Below are positions 9,175 to 18,164 of a DNA stretch of 64,000 nt, one piece after another (position 1 is the first letter of the stretch; every line of letters begins with the position of its first letter). The stretch lies in NCBI GenBank assembly GCA_022820805.1, contig JAJEEV010000037.1, positions 71,923-135,922 on the forward strand. Direction: 5' to 3'. This DNA comes from Acidimicrobiia bacterium. GTDB lineage: Bacteria; Actinomycetota; Acidimicrobiia; Acidimicrobiales; Aldehydirespiratoraceae. Position numbers and translations under genes: made by a program. The notes beneath the pieces are model-generated. The model ran no database searches. It worked only from the letters and a program-made list of their open reading frames with translations, and was not told the origin of the DNA.

Positions 9175-10370
9175 CAATTGGCGCTTGTCCTCAGGCGGCG
9201 CCGGCCGGCGTCCGCGGCAATGGCGGCCAGCAGGGCGCAGGCCGCGATCGTGAGGAACCCGGCGGTGTATGAGACCCGCTCCGCCAGCAGCCCGAACGCG
9301 AACGGTCCGACCACCCCGCCGACGTTGAGCCCTCCCGAGGTCATGCCGGTGGCCGCGCCGGGGGAGTCCCGGTAGGCCTTCACCACGGCGTGGACCATCA
9401 GCCCGCTCCAGGCCCACCCGACCCCGAGCGCGAACATCGCTCCCGCCGGGACCAGGACCTTGGAGCCGGTGGCCGCGGCCAGATACCCCAGCGTGCTGGT
9501 GCCCAGCAGCAGCGACACGATCCGCAGATGCCCGGACTCGAAGCGGTCGGCGAGGAATCCCGCCGCGATCCGGGTGGCGATGGGCAGCCCGCTGGCCACC
9601 GCCAGCAGGCCCCCGGCCAAGCCCTCGGCCAGGCCGGCGTCGGTGGCGGCCGACACGAAGAACGCGGCCATGGTGGTGGCCGCGGCCGAGCCCAGCGCGG
9701 CGGCCAGCCCGATCAGGTTCAGTGGCCCGTAGTCGATCTTGCTCAGGCCCCGGGACGCGCCCCCGGTCCGGACCGTATGGCCGGGCCGGGCCTGGTATCC
9801 GGGGGCGAGCAGCAGGCCGGTCAGGGGCACCGCCACCGCGAACCCGAACGCCCACCGCCATCCCAGCGTTCGCCCGATGGCGGGCACGGCCAGGCCGGCC
9901 AGCAGAACCGACAGGGGCACCGCTGCGGCCTGGATGCCGAAGAACAGGCCGTGCCGTCTGGCGTCGGTGCCTCGGGCCACCATGGTCTTGGTCCCCGGTC
10001 CGGCGATGGTCAGCCCTATCGCTCCGACGCCCAGCGCGGCCAGCAGCATCCAGTAGGACTGCACCACCAGCGCCATCCCCAGCAGCGCGGCGGCGCTGCA
10101 GGTGTTGGCCACCCGCAGCGACCGCTGCGGTCCGAGGCGGTCCGTGAGCGTCCCGGCGTGGGGGGACGTCACCGCGGCCAGCAGGAAGTAGAAGGCCACC
10201 GCCGAGCCCAGGCCGGCCTCGGTGAATCCCAGGTCGTCGCCCATCTGCAATGCCAGCGCGCCCGCCCCGAACGCCGGGAACATGGCCGCGGTCTGCGACG
10301 ACACCGACGATACGAGTGATGTGACCGGCCGCGTCGGCTCGCCGGCCAGCCCGCTGCCTGTCAGGGTCAC
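9174..10370 (-). CDS. MFS transporter (upstream paralogue of tandem pair)
   Basis: Collinear similarity along the full length to 7981-9174 (e.g. DRLGPQRSLR, LGWRWAFG, YGPLNLIGLAA, LADRFESGHLR); GTG start. Confidence 0.85.
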   Translation of the reverse strand: MTLTGSGLAGEPTRPVTSLVSSVSSQTAAMFPAFGAGALALQMGDDLGFTEAGLGSAVAFYFLLAAVTSPHAGTLTDRLGPQRSLRVANTCSAAALLGMALVVQSYWMLLAALGVGAIGLTIAGPGTKTMVARGTDARRHGLFFGIQAAAVPLSVLLAGLAVPAIGRTLGWRWAFGFAVAVPLTGLLLAPGYQARPGHTVRTGGASRGLSKIDYGPLNLIGLAAALGSAAATTMAAFFVSAATDAGLAEGLAGGLLAVASGLPIATRIAAGFLADRFESGHLRIVSLLLGTSTLGYLAAATGSKVLVPAGAMFALGVGWAWSGLMVHAVVKAYRDSPGAATGMTSGGLNVGGVVGPFAFGLLAERVSYTAGFLTIAACALLAAIAADAGRRRLRTSAN

Positions 10371-10419
10371 CGGGGAGATCTTGTTCCCTGGCGGCCGGGG
10401 ACGCGGTAGTGGGCGACCC

Positions 10420-11400
10420 TCATTCGGAGGGGTCGCGGTCGCCGAAGTTCTCCTGCAGCACTGTGCCGATCTCGGCGATGGCGCCGAGGTCGGTGGCGTC
10501 GTGCACGTTGAAGATCAGGCCGTCGAGTCCTGCCTCGAACAGGGCGGCCACCTGCTCGCACACGCTGTCGCGGTCGCCCTCCAGCGCGTACCCGCTGTAC
10601 TTGTCCATGCTCATGTTGCGGGTGGCTCGCAGCTCCGCGCCGAGGCGGGCGGCGTCGTCGGCGGTGTCGGCCATGACTATCGCGCCGAGGCGGGTCTTGG
10701 AGATCTCGGCCGGGTCGCGGCCGGCCTTCTCGCAGTGGGCCTCGAGCACGTCGAGTTTGTGGCGCACGCCGGCCGGGTCGCCGAAGATGTTGCAGGCGTC
10801 GGCGTGGCGGGCCGCGATCTGCAGGGTTCGCCGCTCGCCGCCCCCGCCCACCAGGATGGGAGGCCCACCGTCGGAGATGGGCCGGGGACGGTTCAGGGCT
10901 CCGGCCACCCGGTGGTGCGGGCCCGACACGGTTGCCGGGCCGCCGTCGAACATGGCCCGGCAGATCCGCACCGCGTCCTCCAGCCGGTTCATGCGCTCGC
11001 CCACGGGCGGGAAGTCGAAGCCGTAGGCGATGTGTTCGGCCTCGAACCAGGCCGCGCCGATGCCGAGCACCGCTCTGCCCCCGGACACGACGTCGAGGGT
11101 GGTGACCGTCTTGGCCAGCAGGGCGGGGTTGCGGTAGGTGACGCCGGTGACCAGTGCGCCCAGCCGGGCGGTCCGGGTCCACGGCGCGAGGGCGGCCAGC
11201 AGGGTGTAGGGCTCGAGCATCGGTTCGTGGTCCGAGCCCATCGCCGGTATCTGGTGGAAGTGGTCCATCACCCACAGCGAGTCGAATCCGCTGTTCTCGG
11301 CCGTGGCCGCGGCCGCGCACACCGCGTTGAACAGGTCGGCGTCGTCGATGCCGAGGTACGTGAAGCTGGGAATGTTGAACCCGAACCGAGTAAGCGTCAT
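10420..11400 (-). CDS. Luciferase-like (LLM class) F420-dependent oxidoreductase
   Basis: FGFNIPSF, ENSGFDSLWVMDHF, VSGGRAVLGIGAAWFE; start taken at MTLTRF (alternative ATG 11418). Confidence 0.85.
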   Translation of the reverse strand: MTLTRFGFNIPSFTYLGIDDADLFNAVCAAAATAENSGFDSLWVMDHFHQIPAMGSDHEPMLEPYTLLAALAPWTRTARLGALVTGVTYRNPALLAKTVTTLDVVSGGRAVLGIGAAWFEAEHIAYGFDFPPVGERMNRLEDAVRICRAMFDGGPATVSGPHHRVAGALNRPRPISDGGPPILVGGGGERRTLQIAARHADACNIFGDPAGVRHKLDVLEAHCEKAGRDPAEISKTRLGAIVMADTADDAARLGAELRATRNMSMDKYSGYALEGDRDSVCEQVAALFEAGLDGLIFNVHDATDLGAIAEIGTVLQENFGDRDPSE

Positions 11401-11405
11401 GATGC

Positions 11406-11415
11406 CTGTATACAG
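11406..11415. promoter_or_regulatory. Perfect palindrome CTGTATACAG in a 47-nt divergent intergenic region (candidate operator)
   Basis: One of four TGTATAC-core palindromes found in catabolic promoter regions of this window. Confidence 0.35.
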
Positions 11416-11447
11416 CATTCGGATCGACGCCTGAACCGTTACGGCCC

Positions 11448-12458
11448 ATGAGGACGGATCCGCGGACCCTTGATGAGCTCCCGACGCCGAGCCTGGTCGT
11501 GGAGCGCAGCCTGTTCGACGCCAACGTCGCGGCCATGGCCGCGGCCTGGCCCGGGTCGTCGCTGCGGCCCCATGTGAAGGCGTTCAAGTCCAGCGCCATC
11601 GCCCGGATCCTGGCGGCCGCAGGCCACGAGGGCTTCTGCGCGGCCACCGTCCGGGAGATGGAGGGCCTGGCCGCGGCCGGGCTCGGGCACGACCTGCTGC
11701 TGGCCAACGAGGTTCTGGACGCGTCGCGGCTCGGTCGTCTGGTCGATGCCGGTCACCGGGTGACGGTGGCTGTCGACTCCGACGCCACCGTCGCGGCTGC
11801 GGCTGCCGGGGGCGTGCGAGAGGTGCTGGTCGACGTGAACGTCGGTCTGGCGCGCTGCGGATGCGACCCGAGCGACGCCGGACGCCTTGCCGACACGGCC
11901 CGGGCCGCGGGGCTCGAGGTCCGCGGCGTGATGGGCTACGAGGGCCATCTGATGATGGTCGACGCCGACGCCAAGGCGGCCGGCGTGAAGGCTTCGATGG
12001 AGCTGCTGATCCAGGCCCACTCTGAGGTGGGGGGCGACGTGGTGTCGGGCGGCGGCACCGGCACCTTCGCGGTGAACCGGTGGGTGACCGAGCTCCAGGC
12101 CGGCTCCTACTGCCTGCTCGACACCGACTACGCCCGCCTCGACAGCCCCTTCGAGATTGCGGTGTCGGTGCTGGCCACCGTGATCTCGGTGACCGGCGGC
12201 CGGTGGGCTGTCGCCGATGCCGGCCTCAAGGCGTTCGGCATGGACCACGGCCCCCCGTCCTGGCCCGGCGGCGAGGTGATGTTCGTGTCGGACGAGCACA
12301 CCACCCTGCTCGACCCCGACCGCACCCTGGCCGTCGGCGACCGGGTGAGGCTGCTGCCCGGGCACCTCGACCCGACCGTGGCCCGCCACCAGTGCTTCTG
12401 GGTGGTGGACGGAGACGACGTGATCGACCGCTGGCCCATCGACCTGCGCCACTGGTGA
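11448..12458 (+). CDS. PLP-dependent D-serine deaminase / D-threonine aldolase-like enzyme (alanine racemase N-terminal fold)
   Basis: LPTPSLVVERSLFDANV and PLP-lysine context RPHVKAFKS; C-terminal HLDPTV-type domain. Confidence 0.8.
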   Translation: MRTDPRTLDELPTPSLVVERSLFDANVAAMAAAWPGSSLRPHVKAFKSSAIARILAAAGHEGFCAATVREMEGLAAAGLGHDLLLANEVLDASRLGRLVDAGHRVTVAVDSDATVAAAAAGGVREVLVDVNVGLARCGCDPSDAGRLADTARAAGLEVRGVMGYEGHLMMVDADAKAAGVKASMELLIQAHSEVGGDVVSGGGTGTFAVNRWVTELQAGSYCLLDTDYARLDSPFEIAVSVLATVISVTGGRWAVADAGLKAFGMDHGPPSWPGGEVMFVSDEHTTLLDPDRTLAVGDRVRLLPGHLDPTVARHQCFWVVDGDDVIDRWPIDLRHW

Positions 12459-12541
12459 CCGCCCTCAAGTTCTCTGACAGCTACACCGATAGGGTCCTCG
12501 GGCCGATCGCCTGAGGGCGCGAGTCAACCCAGGAGCCCACC

Positions 12542-12997
12542 ATGAACACCGCAGCCGCCGAGGGCCTGAACGCCGATCAGCAGTCCCTCAAGGAGTGGGT
12601 GGACCGGTTCTCGGGTCATGTGGCCGATCTCCGCTACGAGGACGCCGCGGCCATGATGGACGCTGAGGTGAACAGCTTCAGCACCTGGACCGATGTGGTG
12701 GTGGGGGTGGAGCATTTCGTCAACGCCCAGTGGCGCAACGTCTGGCCCACCATGACCGACTTCGTGCTGCTGACCGACAAGATGCGGTCCCGCGTCTCAC
12801 CGGACCGGCTTATGGCCGCGGTGATGGTCACCTGGACCTCGACCGGCTACGCGCAGGACGGCACACCGTTCGACCGCCCGGGCCGCTGCTCGTTCGTGCT
12901 GGTCCGGGACTCGCTCGACGGTCCGTGGCGGGGCGTCCAGGGCCATTTCTCGCTGATGCGAGGCGTCCCCCAACAGTCCTTCGGCCCCCGCGACTGA
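12542..12997 (+). CDS. SnoaL-like / NTF2-fold protein
   Basis: AGGAG 6 nt before ATG; 151 aa with the size and pattern of SnoaL/DUF4440-like proteins; function unknown. Confidence 0.55.
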   Translation: MNTAAAEGLNADQQSLKEWVDRFSGHVADLRYEDAAAMMDAEVNSFSTWTDVVVGVEHFVNAQWRNVWPTMTDFVLLTDKMRSRVSPDRLMAAVMVTWTSTGYAQDGTPFDRPGRCSFVLVRDSLDGPWRGVQGHFSLMRGVPQQSFGPRD

Positions 12998-13065
12998 TCC
13001 GATTGATCATCACGATACGGGCACCTCTGGGGTCCACCGGTGCCGGTAGCCTCGCTGCGTGCGTA

Positions 13066-13947
13066 GTGGTCTTGCCGGTGTTCGGCCGGATTGGGTGTCT
13101 GAGGAGTTGTTCCCCCTTCGAGAGTCGCTTCTCCACAACGCCCCGCGGCCAGGTCATGCACTATGTCGATGAGGGCTCGGGGGAGCCGATCGTCTTCGTG
13201 CACGGCAATCCGGCATGGTCTTTCGAGTTCCGGCACCTGATCGAGGGACTGCGGTCGGAGTTCCGTTGCGTCGCGCCCGATCACATCGGCTTCGGCCTCT
13301 CGTCCCGCAGTGACCGCAGGGACGACCACCATCCGGCGGCACACGCGGAGGCGTTCGCGGCGCTGCTGGACAACCTGGACCTGCGGGATGTGACGCTGTT
13401 GCTGACGGATTGGGGCGGGCCGATCGGGCTCGACTTCGCCCGCCGGAACCGGCACCGCGTCAAGCGACTGGTCCTCACCAACACCTGGTGCTGGCCTGTG
13501 AATCGCGACGCCCACTTCTGGTTCTTCAGCAGGATGATGGCCAGCCCGCTCGGGCAGTACCTCATCAAGCGGCGCAACTTCTTCGTCAACGGCGTCATGC
13601 CCAGAGCGGTCGGCAACAAGCAGGTGCTCACGTCGGAGGTGATGGAGCACTATCGCAACGCTCAGCCCAGCGCGGCGGCCCGCGCCGCCAACGCCGCCTT
13701 GCCGGGTCACATTGTCGGCGCCACCGGATGGCTGCAGGAGATCTGGCAGGATCGCGCCGCCTTCTGCGACAAGCCGGCGCTCATCTTCTGGGGCTCCAAG
13801 GACATCGCCTTCCGCACGAAGGAACTCGACCGCTGGCGCTCAGAGCTTGCCGACGTTGAGGTGCACGAGTTCGCCGACTGTGGCCATTTCCTCGCCGAGG
13901 AGGCCCCAGAGCGGATGCTGCCGGCCCTGCGGGCGTTCTTGGGATAG
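13066..13947 (+). CDS. Alpha/beta hydrolase, haloalkane dehalogenase-like
   Basis: FESRF..MHYVDEGSGEPIVFVHGNPAWSFEFRHLI, nucleophile elbow LLLTDWGGPIG; start uncertain (GTG 13066), possible frameshift at C5 run 13112-13116. Confidence 0.8.
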   Translation: MVLPVFGRIGCLRSCSPFESRFSTTPRGQVMHYVDEGSGEPIVFVHGNPAWSFEFRHLIEGLRSEFRCVAPDHIGFGLSSRSDRRDDHHPAAHAEAFAALLDNLDLRDVTLLLTDWGGPIGLDFARRNRHRVKRLVLTNTWCWPVNRDAHFWFFSRMMASPLGQYLIKRRNFFVNGVMPRAVGNKQVLTSEVMEHYRNAQPSAAARAANAALPGHIVGATGWLQEIWQDRAAFCDKPALIFWGSKDIAFRTKELDRWRSELADVEVHEFADCGHFLAEEAPERMLPALRAFLG

Positions 13948-13954
13948 GAACGCG

Positions 13955-14641
13955 GTGGTGGAGTCACATTTCACTCCCGAATTGTTCGAGTTCCTCCTCG
14001 ACCTGCGGGCCAACAACAACCGTGAGTGGTTCGGTGCGAACAAGGGGCGTTACGAGCGGCACCTGAAGGAGCCGCTGCTGGCGTTCATCGAGGACTTCGA
14101 GCCCCATCTGCACTCGATCAGTGAGCACTTCGTGGCCGATACCCGGGCCAACGGTGGCTCCATGTTCCGGATCTACCGGGACGTACGCTTCTCCAAGGAC
14201 AAGACGCCATACAAGACCCAGGCTGCTGTCCAGTTCCGTCACGAGGCCGGGAAGTCGGTCCACGCACCGGGCTTCTATCTGCATCTGGCTCCCGACGAGG
14301 TCTTCGCCGGGGTCGGTCTGTGGCGGCCCGACTCGGCGGCGCTGGGACGGATACGCGAGCGCATCGTCGCCGATCCGCCGGGCTGGGAGGCGGCGGTCAC
14401 CGATTTCGGGTTCGTCGAGGAGTTCGACCTGGAGGGTGACTCGCTGAAGCGCCCGCCCAAGGGGTTCGATGCCGAGCACCCCCGCATCGAGGACCTCAAG
14501 CGCAAGGACCACGTGGCCACATGCTTCTTCGACGAGGAGGAGGTCACCCAGCCGGGATTCATCGACTACTTCGCCGACGCCTGCCGCACGGCCTCGCCCT
14601 ACATGGAGTTCCTGACACAGGCGGTAGACCTGCCGTTCTGA
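13955..14641 (+). CDS. DUF2461 (TIGR02453-like) family protein
   Basis: FTPELFEFLLDLRANNNREWF, GGSMFRIYRDVRFSKDKTPYKT; GTG start 8 nt after upstream stop. Confidence 0.8.
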   Translation: MVESHFTPELFEFLLDLRANNNREWFGANKGRYERHLKEPLLAFIEDFEPHLHSISEHFVADTRANGGSMFRIYRDVRFSKDKTPYKTQAAVQFRHEAGKSVHAPGFYLHLAPDEVFAGVGLWRPDSAALGRIRERIVADPPGWEAAVTDFGFVEEFDLEGDSLKRPPKGFDAEHPRIEDLKRKDHVATCFFDEEEVTQPGFIDYFADACRTASPYMEFLTQAVDLPF

Positions 14642-14650
14642 GCCTTGCGA

Positions 14651-14679
14651 ATCGGCCGGCCCAACGTCGGGCGGCCGAT
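14651..14679 (+). terminator. GC-rich hairpin after DUF2461 gene
   Basis: ATCGGCCG...CGGCCGAT inverted repeat starting 10 nt after the stop, followed by an AT-rich tract (ACATTTTGTG). Confidence 0.4.
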
Positions 14680-14829
14680 CCTTACCACATTTTGTGATCA
14701 AAAAAGACAGAATAAGTGGCAAACAGTGATTCTTGCTGAGTTATTGACAGCAAATATGTGGAGACGGGACGGCCGTGCATATGGCGAATGGGATCCAGAG
14801 TGTTCGCAGGACCTGTGAAGGGCCCTCGT

Positions 14830-15252
14830 TCAGGCGAGGGCGGCTTGAAGGCCGGCGGCGTACTTCTTGCGCTGGGCCTTGACCATCATCGGCACGAACG
14901 GCCGCATGACGATCCACGGACCGGACGGCGTCATCTCGAGGTCCATGGTGATACGGGTGCCGCCGTCGCCGGTGTCGCTGAGCCGGTAGGTGCCCGCCAC
15001 GGGCCACGATGTTTCCTCGGCGCACACCCAGGTGATCGACGAACCGGCCTCCACGGCGGTGATGCGGAACTCGACCTCCTGGCCGCGGTTGGTCTGGCGG
15101 TAGACGGCTCCCACCGTGCCGGCGGTGCCCGACGTCAGCTCGCAGGTGCCGATGTCGTGGCGCCACTCGGCCTGGTTGGCTGCCTCGGCCAGGTAGGCGA
15201 ACGTCCGCTCCCGGTCGGCGGCCACATCGATCTCGACAGTGCAGGTGCTCAT
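14830..15252 (-). CDS. SRPBCC (polyketide cyclase/dehydrase-like) protein
   Basis: 140 aa; ATG overlaps the upstream stop (ATGA at 15249-15252); last gene of the operon. Confidence 0.65.
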   Translation of the reverse strand: MSTCTVEIDVAADRERTFAYLAEAANQAEWRHDIGTCELTSGTAGTVGAVYRQTNRGQEVEFRITAVEAGSSITWVCAEETSWPVAGTYRLSDTGDGGTRITMDLEMTPSGPWIVMRPFVPMMVKAQRKKYAAGLQAALA

Positions 15253-16193
15253 GCGGTGGAACCGTACCGGCCTTCGGCCCGCTGGTGGGCGAGAGTGGCG
15301 ATCACCACGTCCTGGAGCGCCACCCCCTGCGACTCGAACAGCACGATGCCGCTGCCGGGTTGCGGCGGGGTGACCGTGCCTGCGATCACGTCGGCCAGGT
15401 CGGCCAGATCGTCCCAGTCGAAGATCCCGTCGGCCGCGGCGTGTGTCAGGTCTCCGGCTTCGGTGCGGGCCCCCTCGGCGCTGTCGCTCACCACGAAGGA
15501 GGCCCGCTCCACGGTGGCGCCGTCCACCTCGCGGCGGTCCGCCTTGGTGGATCCCACCGCGCACACCAGCGCGCCGTCGTGCAGCTTGGTGCCGTCGAAG
15601 ACGGGGGTGTAGCTGGCGGTCACGGTGGCCACCACCGCGGCGCCGGCGACGGCCTCGTCGGCGTCGCCGACAGCTCGGGCCGGGATGCCGCGGTCCCGAC
15701 CCCAGGACGCCACATCCTCGGCCTTGTCGGGATTGCGGCCCCACACCCGCAGGTCGCGCAGCGGCAGCTCCTGGGCCAGGGCCTCCAGGTGCGGCCTGCT
15801 CTGGATGCCGGTTCCGAACACGGCCGCAGTGCCGGCGCCGGGCGGCGCCATGTGCCTCACGGCCAGCGCGGAGGCCGCCGCGGTGCGGATGGCGGTGAGG
15901 CCCAGCCCGTCGAAGGTGGCCACCAGGCCTGCATCGGGGCTGAACAGGCCCACCAGGAAGGCGAACCCGTCGGGATGGGTGAGGTAGAGCTTGCCGCCCA
16001 CCACCCGGTGCCGGGGCCACGACGCGGCCATGGCGCTGCCCATCAGCCCGCCGGCTGCGGCCCGCACCCGCAGGGTGGTGGCCGCCTCGCCCGAGCCGAG
16101 GTCCCGCCAGGCCTGCTCCAGCCAGTCGGTGACGGTGGCCAGGTCGCACAGCTCGGCGATCCGCTCCTCGGTGTAGTGGGGCACAGCGCTCAT
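15249..16193 (-). CDS. Ornithine cyclodeaminase / mu-crystallin family protein
   Basis: Family-typical length and pattern (AAVFGTGIQSRPHLEAL Rossmann region, VCAVGSTKADRREVD). Confidence 0.85.
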   Translation of the reverse strand: MSAVPHYTEERIAELCDLATVTDWLEQAWRDLGSGEAATTLRVRAAAGGLMGSAMAASWPRHRVVGGKLYLTHPDGFAFLVGLFSPDAGLVATFDGLGLTAIRTAAASALAVRHMAPPGAGTAAVFGTGIQSRPHLEALAQELPLRDLRVWGRNPDKAEDVASWGRDRGIPARAVGDADEAVAGAAVVATVTASYTPVFDGTKLHDGALVCAVGSTKADRREVDGATVERASFVVSDSAEGARTEAGDLTHAAADGIFDWDDLADLADVIAGTVTPPQPGSGIVLFESQGVALQDVVIATLAHQRAEGRYGSTA

Positions 16194-16239
16194 GTCTGCT
16201 CCTTGGCGATCAGTTCGGCGGTGAAGAGGGGCTCGGCGC

Positions 16240-17346
16240 TCACAGCAGCTCCTCCAGGCGGGGGAGGGCCCGGGCGTTGACGGCGGCCGCGAACGACTCG
16301 GTGGTGGCCGGATCGGTGCCCGCGGGCGCCAGGTCGTAGGTGAGCGGACCGGCCTGGAGCGCCTCCGAGAGCGCCCCGGTGACCACGGGACCGAGCTCTG
16401 CGGTCTCGTTGAACCATTCCAGCAGCGCGGCCAGCGCCAGGTAGGCCCCCGACGGGTTGACCCGCCCCTGACCGGCGTGGCGGGGCGCGGAGCCGTGCAC
16501 CGGCTCGAACAGACCCACGCAGCGGCCCTGCACCGGCTCGCCCGGGTTGACGCTGGCCGATCCGCACAGCGCGATCGAGCCGGCCCGGCCTGCGGCCAGG
16601 TCGCTGAGCATGTCGCCGAAGATGCCCTCGGTGAGCACGACCGTGTCGGCCACCACGTCGTCGTGGGCCAGCTCGAAGGCCATGCGGTCGACGTAGGTGT
16701 GGCGCAGCGGCACCCCCCGGTCGCCGGCCACCGTGCCGGTGATCGAGCGCCACAGCCGGCTGGTGGCCATCAGGTTGGCCTTGTCGGCCGACACGATGCT
16801 CGAGGCCAGACCCCGCTCGACCAGGTCGCAGGCCATCGCGGCCAGCTCGGTGATCTGGTCGGGGGTGAGGATCACCTCGTCGCAGGCGGCTTCGGACCCG
16901 TCGCTCTCGGTGCGGGTGGAGGCCGCGCCGTAGGCGCCTCCCAGCAGGTTGCGCAGCACGATCAGCGGGCGGGCCGCCGCGCCGTCGCTGCTGGTGCCGG
17001 AGTCGACCCGCACGATGTTGCGGATGCTGACCCGCAGGTCGTAACGCTGGCGCAGCCCGATGATGGAGTGCTCGGGCCGGTAGTCGTCGAGTGACACGCC
17101 CGGATGCTCCCCGGCTGCGCCGAAGAACATGGCGTCGCTGTCGTCGCAGGCGGCCAGGGTGGGCTCGGGCAGCCCGGTGCCCAGCTCGCCGAACGCCGAA
17201 GCGCCGACGGGCCACGGTCCGGTCAGCTCGATGCGGCCCGCGGCCGCGATGGCCTCCAGCAGCTCGGCCGGCCCGGCCACCACCTCCGCGCCCACGCCGT
17301 CGCCGGGCAGCACCGCGATGCGCCGTACTCTCCCGTCGCCGGTCAT
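16240..17346 (-). CDS. Isocitrate/isopropylmalate/tartrate dehydrogenase family protein
   Basis: RIAVLPGDGVGAEV, LTEGIFGDMLSDLAA, FEPVHGSAP; ATG overlaps upstream stop (ATGA). Confidence 0.85.
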   Translation of the reverse strand: MTGDGRVRRIAVLPGDGVGAEVVAGPAELLEAIAAAGRIELTGPWPVGASAFGELGTGLPEPTLAACDDSDAMFFGAAGEHPGVSLDDYRPEHSIIGLRQRYDLRVSIRNIVRVDSGTSSDGAAARPLIVLRNLLGGAYGAASTRTESDGSEAACDEVILTPDQITELAAMACDLVERGLASSIVSADKANLMATSRLWRSITGTVAGDRGVPLRHTYVDRMAFELAHDDVVADTVVLTEGIFGDMLSDLAAGRAGSIALCGSASVNPGEPVQGRCVGLFEPVHGSAPRHAGQGRVNPSGAYLALAALLEWFNETAELGPVVTGALSEALQAGPLTYDLAPAGTDPATTESFAAAVNARALPRLEELL

Positions 17347-18164
17347 GCCAGCATCGCCTCGGCGCTGGAGCGGGCGACCATCTCGAGCCCGGTGTCGCCC
17401 AGGATCGGGTCGAGCCGCTCCACCCAGTCCTTGATCCCCTGCGAGATGGGCGGGTAGTCGCGGTGCCCGAGATCGCTGCCGAACACCAGCAGCTCGTGGG
17501 GGTAGGAGGCCACGAGGTCCTCGGTGCGGGGCCCGGCCTCGCTGGCCAGGATGTCGGCCAGCACCCCGATCTCGAGGTGTGCGTCCAGGGCCCGGAACTG
17601 CTCCAGGTGCTCGTCGCGCCAGTTGAGGAACGCCATGCCCGGGTGGTTGACCATCAGCCGTTGCACGCCCCGCCGCCGGGCGGTGTCCAGGGCCACCACC
17701 GCCTCGTCCATGGTGACATGGCCCGATGCCAGCACCATGTCGTTGCGGGCGATCTCGTCGAACACCTCCAGCCACTCGGCACGCACCTCGCCGTCCTCCA
17801 CCACCGGGACCTCACGGAACGAGATGCCCTTGTGCGGGCTCAGCTCGGGGTTGCTGCTGGCCGCGATGTGAGCCGGCGACGAGATGGTGGGCAGCCACAC
17901 CACCCGGGCCCCGAGGGCGGCGGCCACCGCCACCGCGTCGGGGTTGGCTCCCCCGACCGGTGAGTTGAGCACCACACCGCCGATGGCCTCGTCGCCGAGC
18001 AGCGCGGCTCGCTCGGCCGAGGACCCCTCATGGGCCTTGAGCACGAACTTGGCGACTCCCGCAGCCCGGGCCTCGTCCAGGGTGACGGGGTCGTGGCTGT
18101 GGCGCGGCGCCAGGCTCGGCGCCGAGTGCACGTGGAAGTCGATGATCCCGTCGATGACCGTCAC
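17343..18164 (-). CDS. Amidohydrolase-fold (TIM-barrel metal hydrolase-like) protein
   Basis: N-terminal IDFHVHSAP HxH motif; GTG overlaps ligase stop (GTGA 18161-18164). Confidence 0.65.
   Translation of the reverse strand: MTVIDGIIDFHVHSAPSLAPRHSHDPVTLDEARAAGVAKFVLKAHEGSSAERAALLGDEAIGGVVLNSPVGGANPDAVAVAAALGARVVWLPTISSPAHIAASSNPELSPHKGISFREVPVVEDGEVRAEWLEVFDEIARNDMVLASGHVTMDEAVVALDTARRRGVQRLMVNHPGMAFLNWRDEHLEQFRALDAHLEIGVLADILASEAGPRTEDLVASYPHELLVFGSDLGHRDYPPISQGIKDWVERLDPILGDTGLEMVARSSAEAMLA

Noticed and set aside
7981-9861. 626-aa ORF suggesting one large transporter gene
   Set aside because: The first 229 residues are an Arg/Gly-rich alternative-frame read-through of the upstream MFS paralogue. 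A clean MFS protein starts at ATG 9174, exactly at the upstream gene's stop.
14684-14760. AT-rich islands (also 37095, 44148, 57077), considered as remnants of horizontally acquired genes or IS ends
   Set aside because: Each is under 80 bp, the four share no sequence with one another, they have no inverted terminal repeats or ORFs, and the flanking genes have native composition. They are more likely promoter/terminator or NAP-binding DNA.
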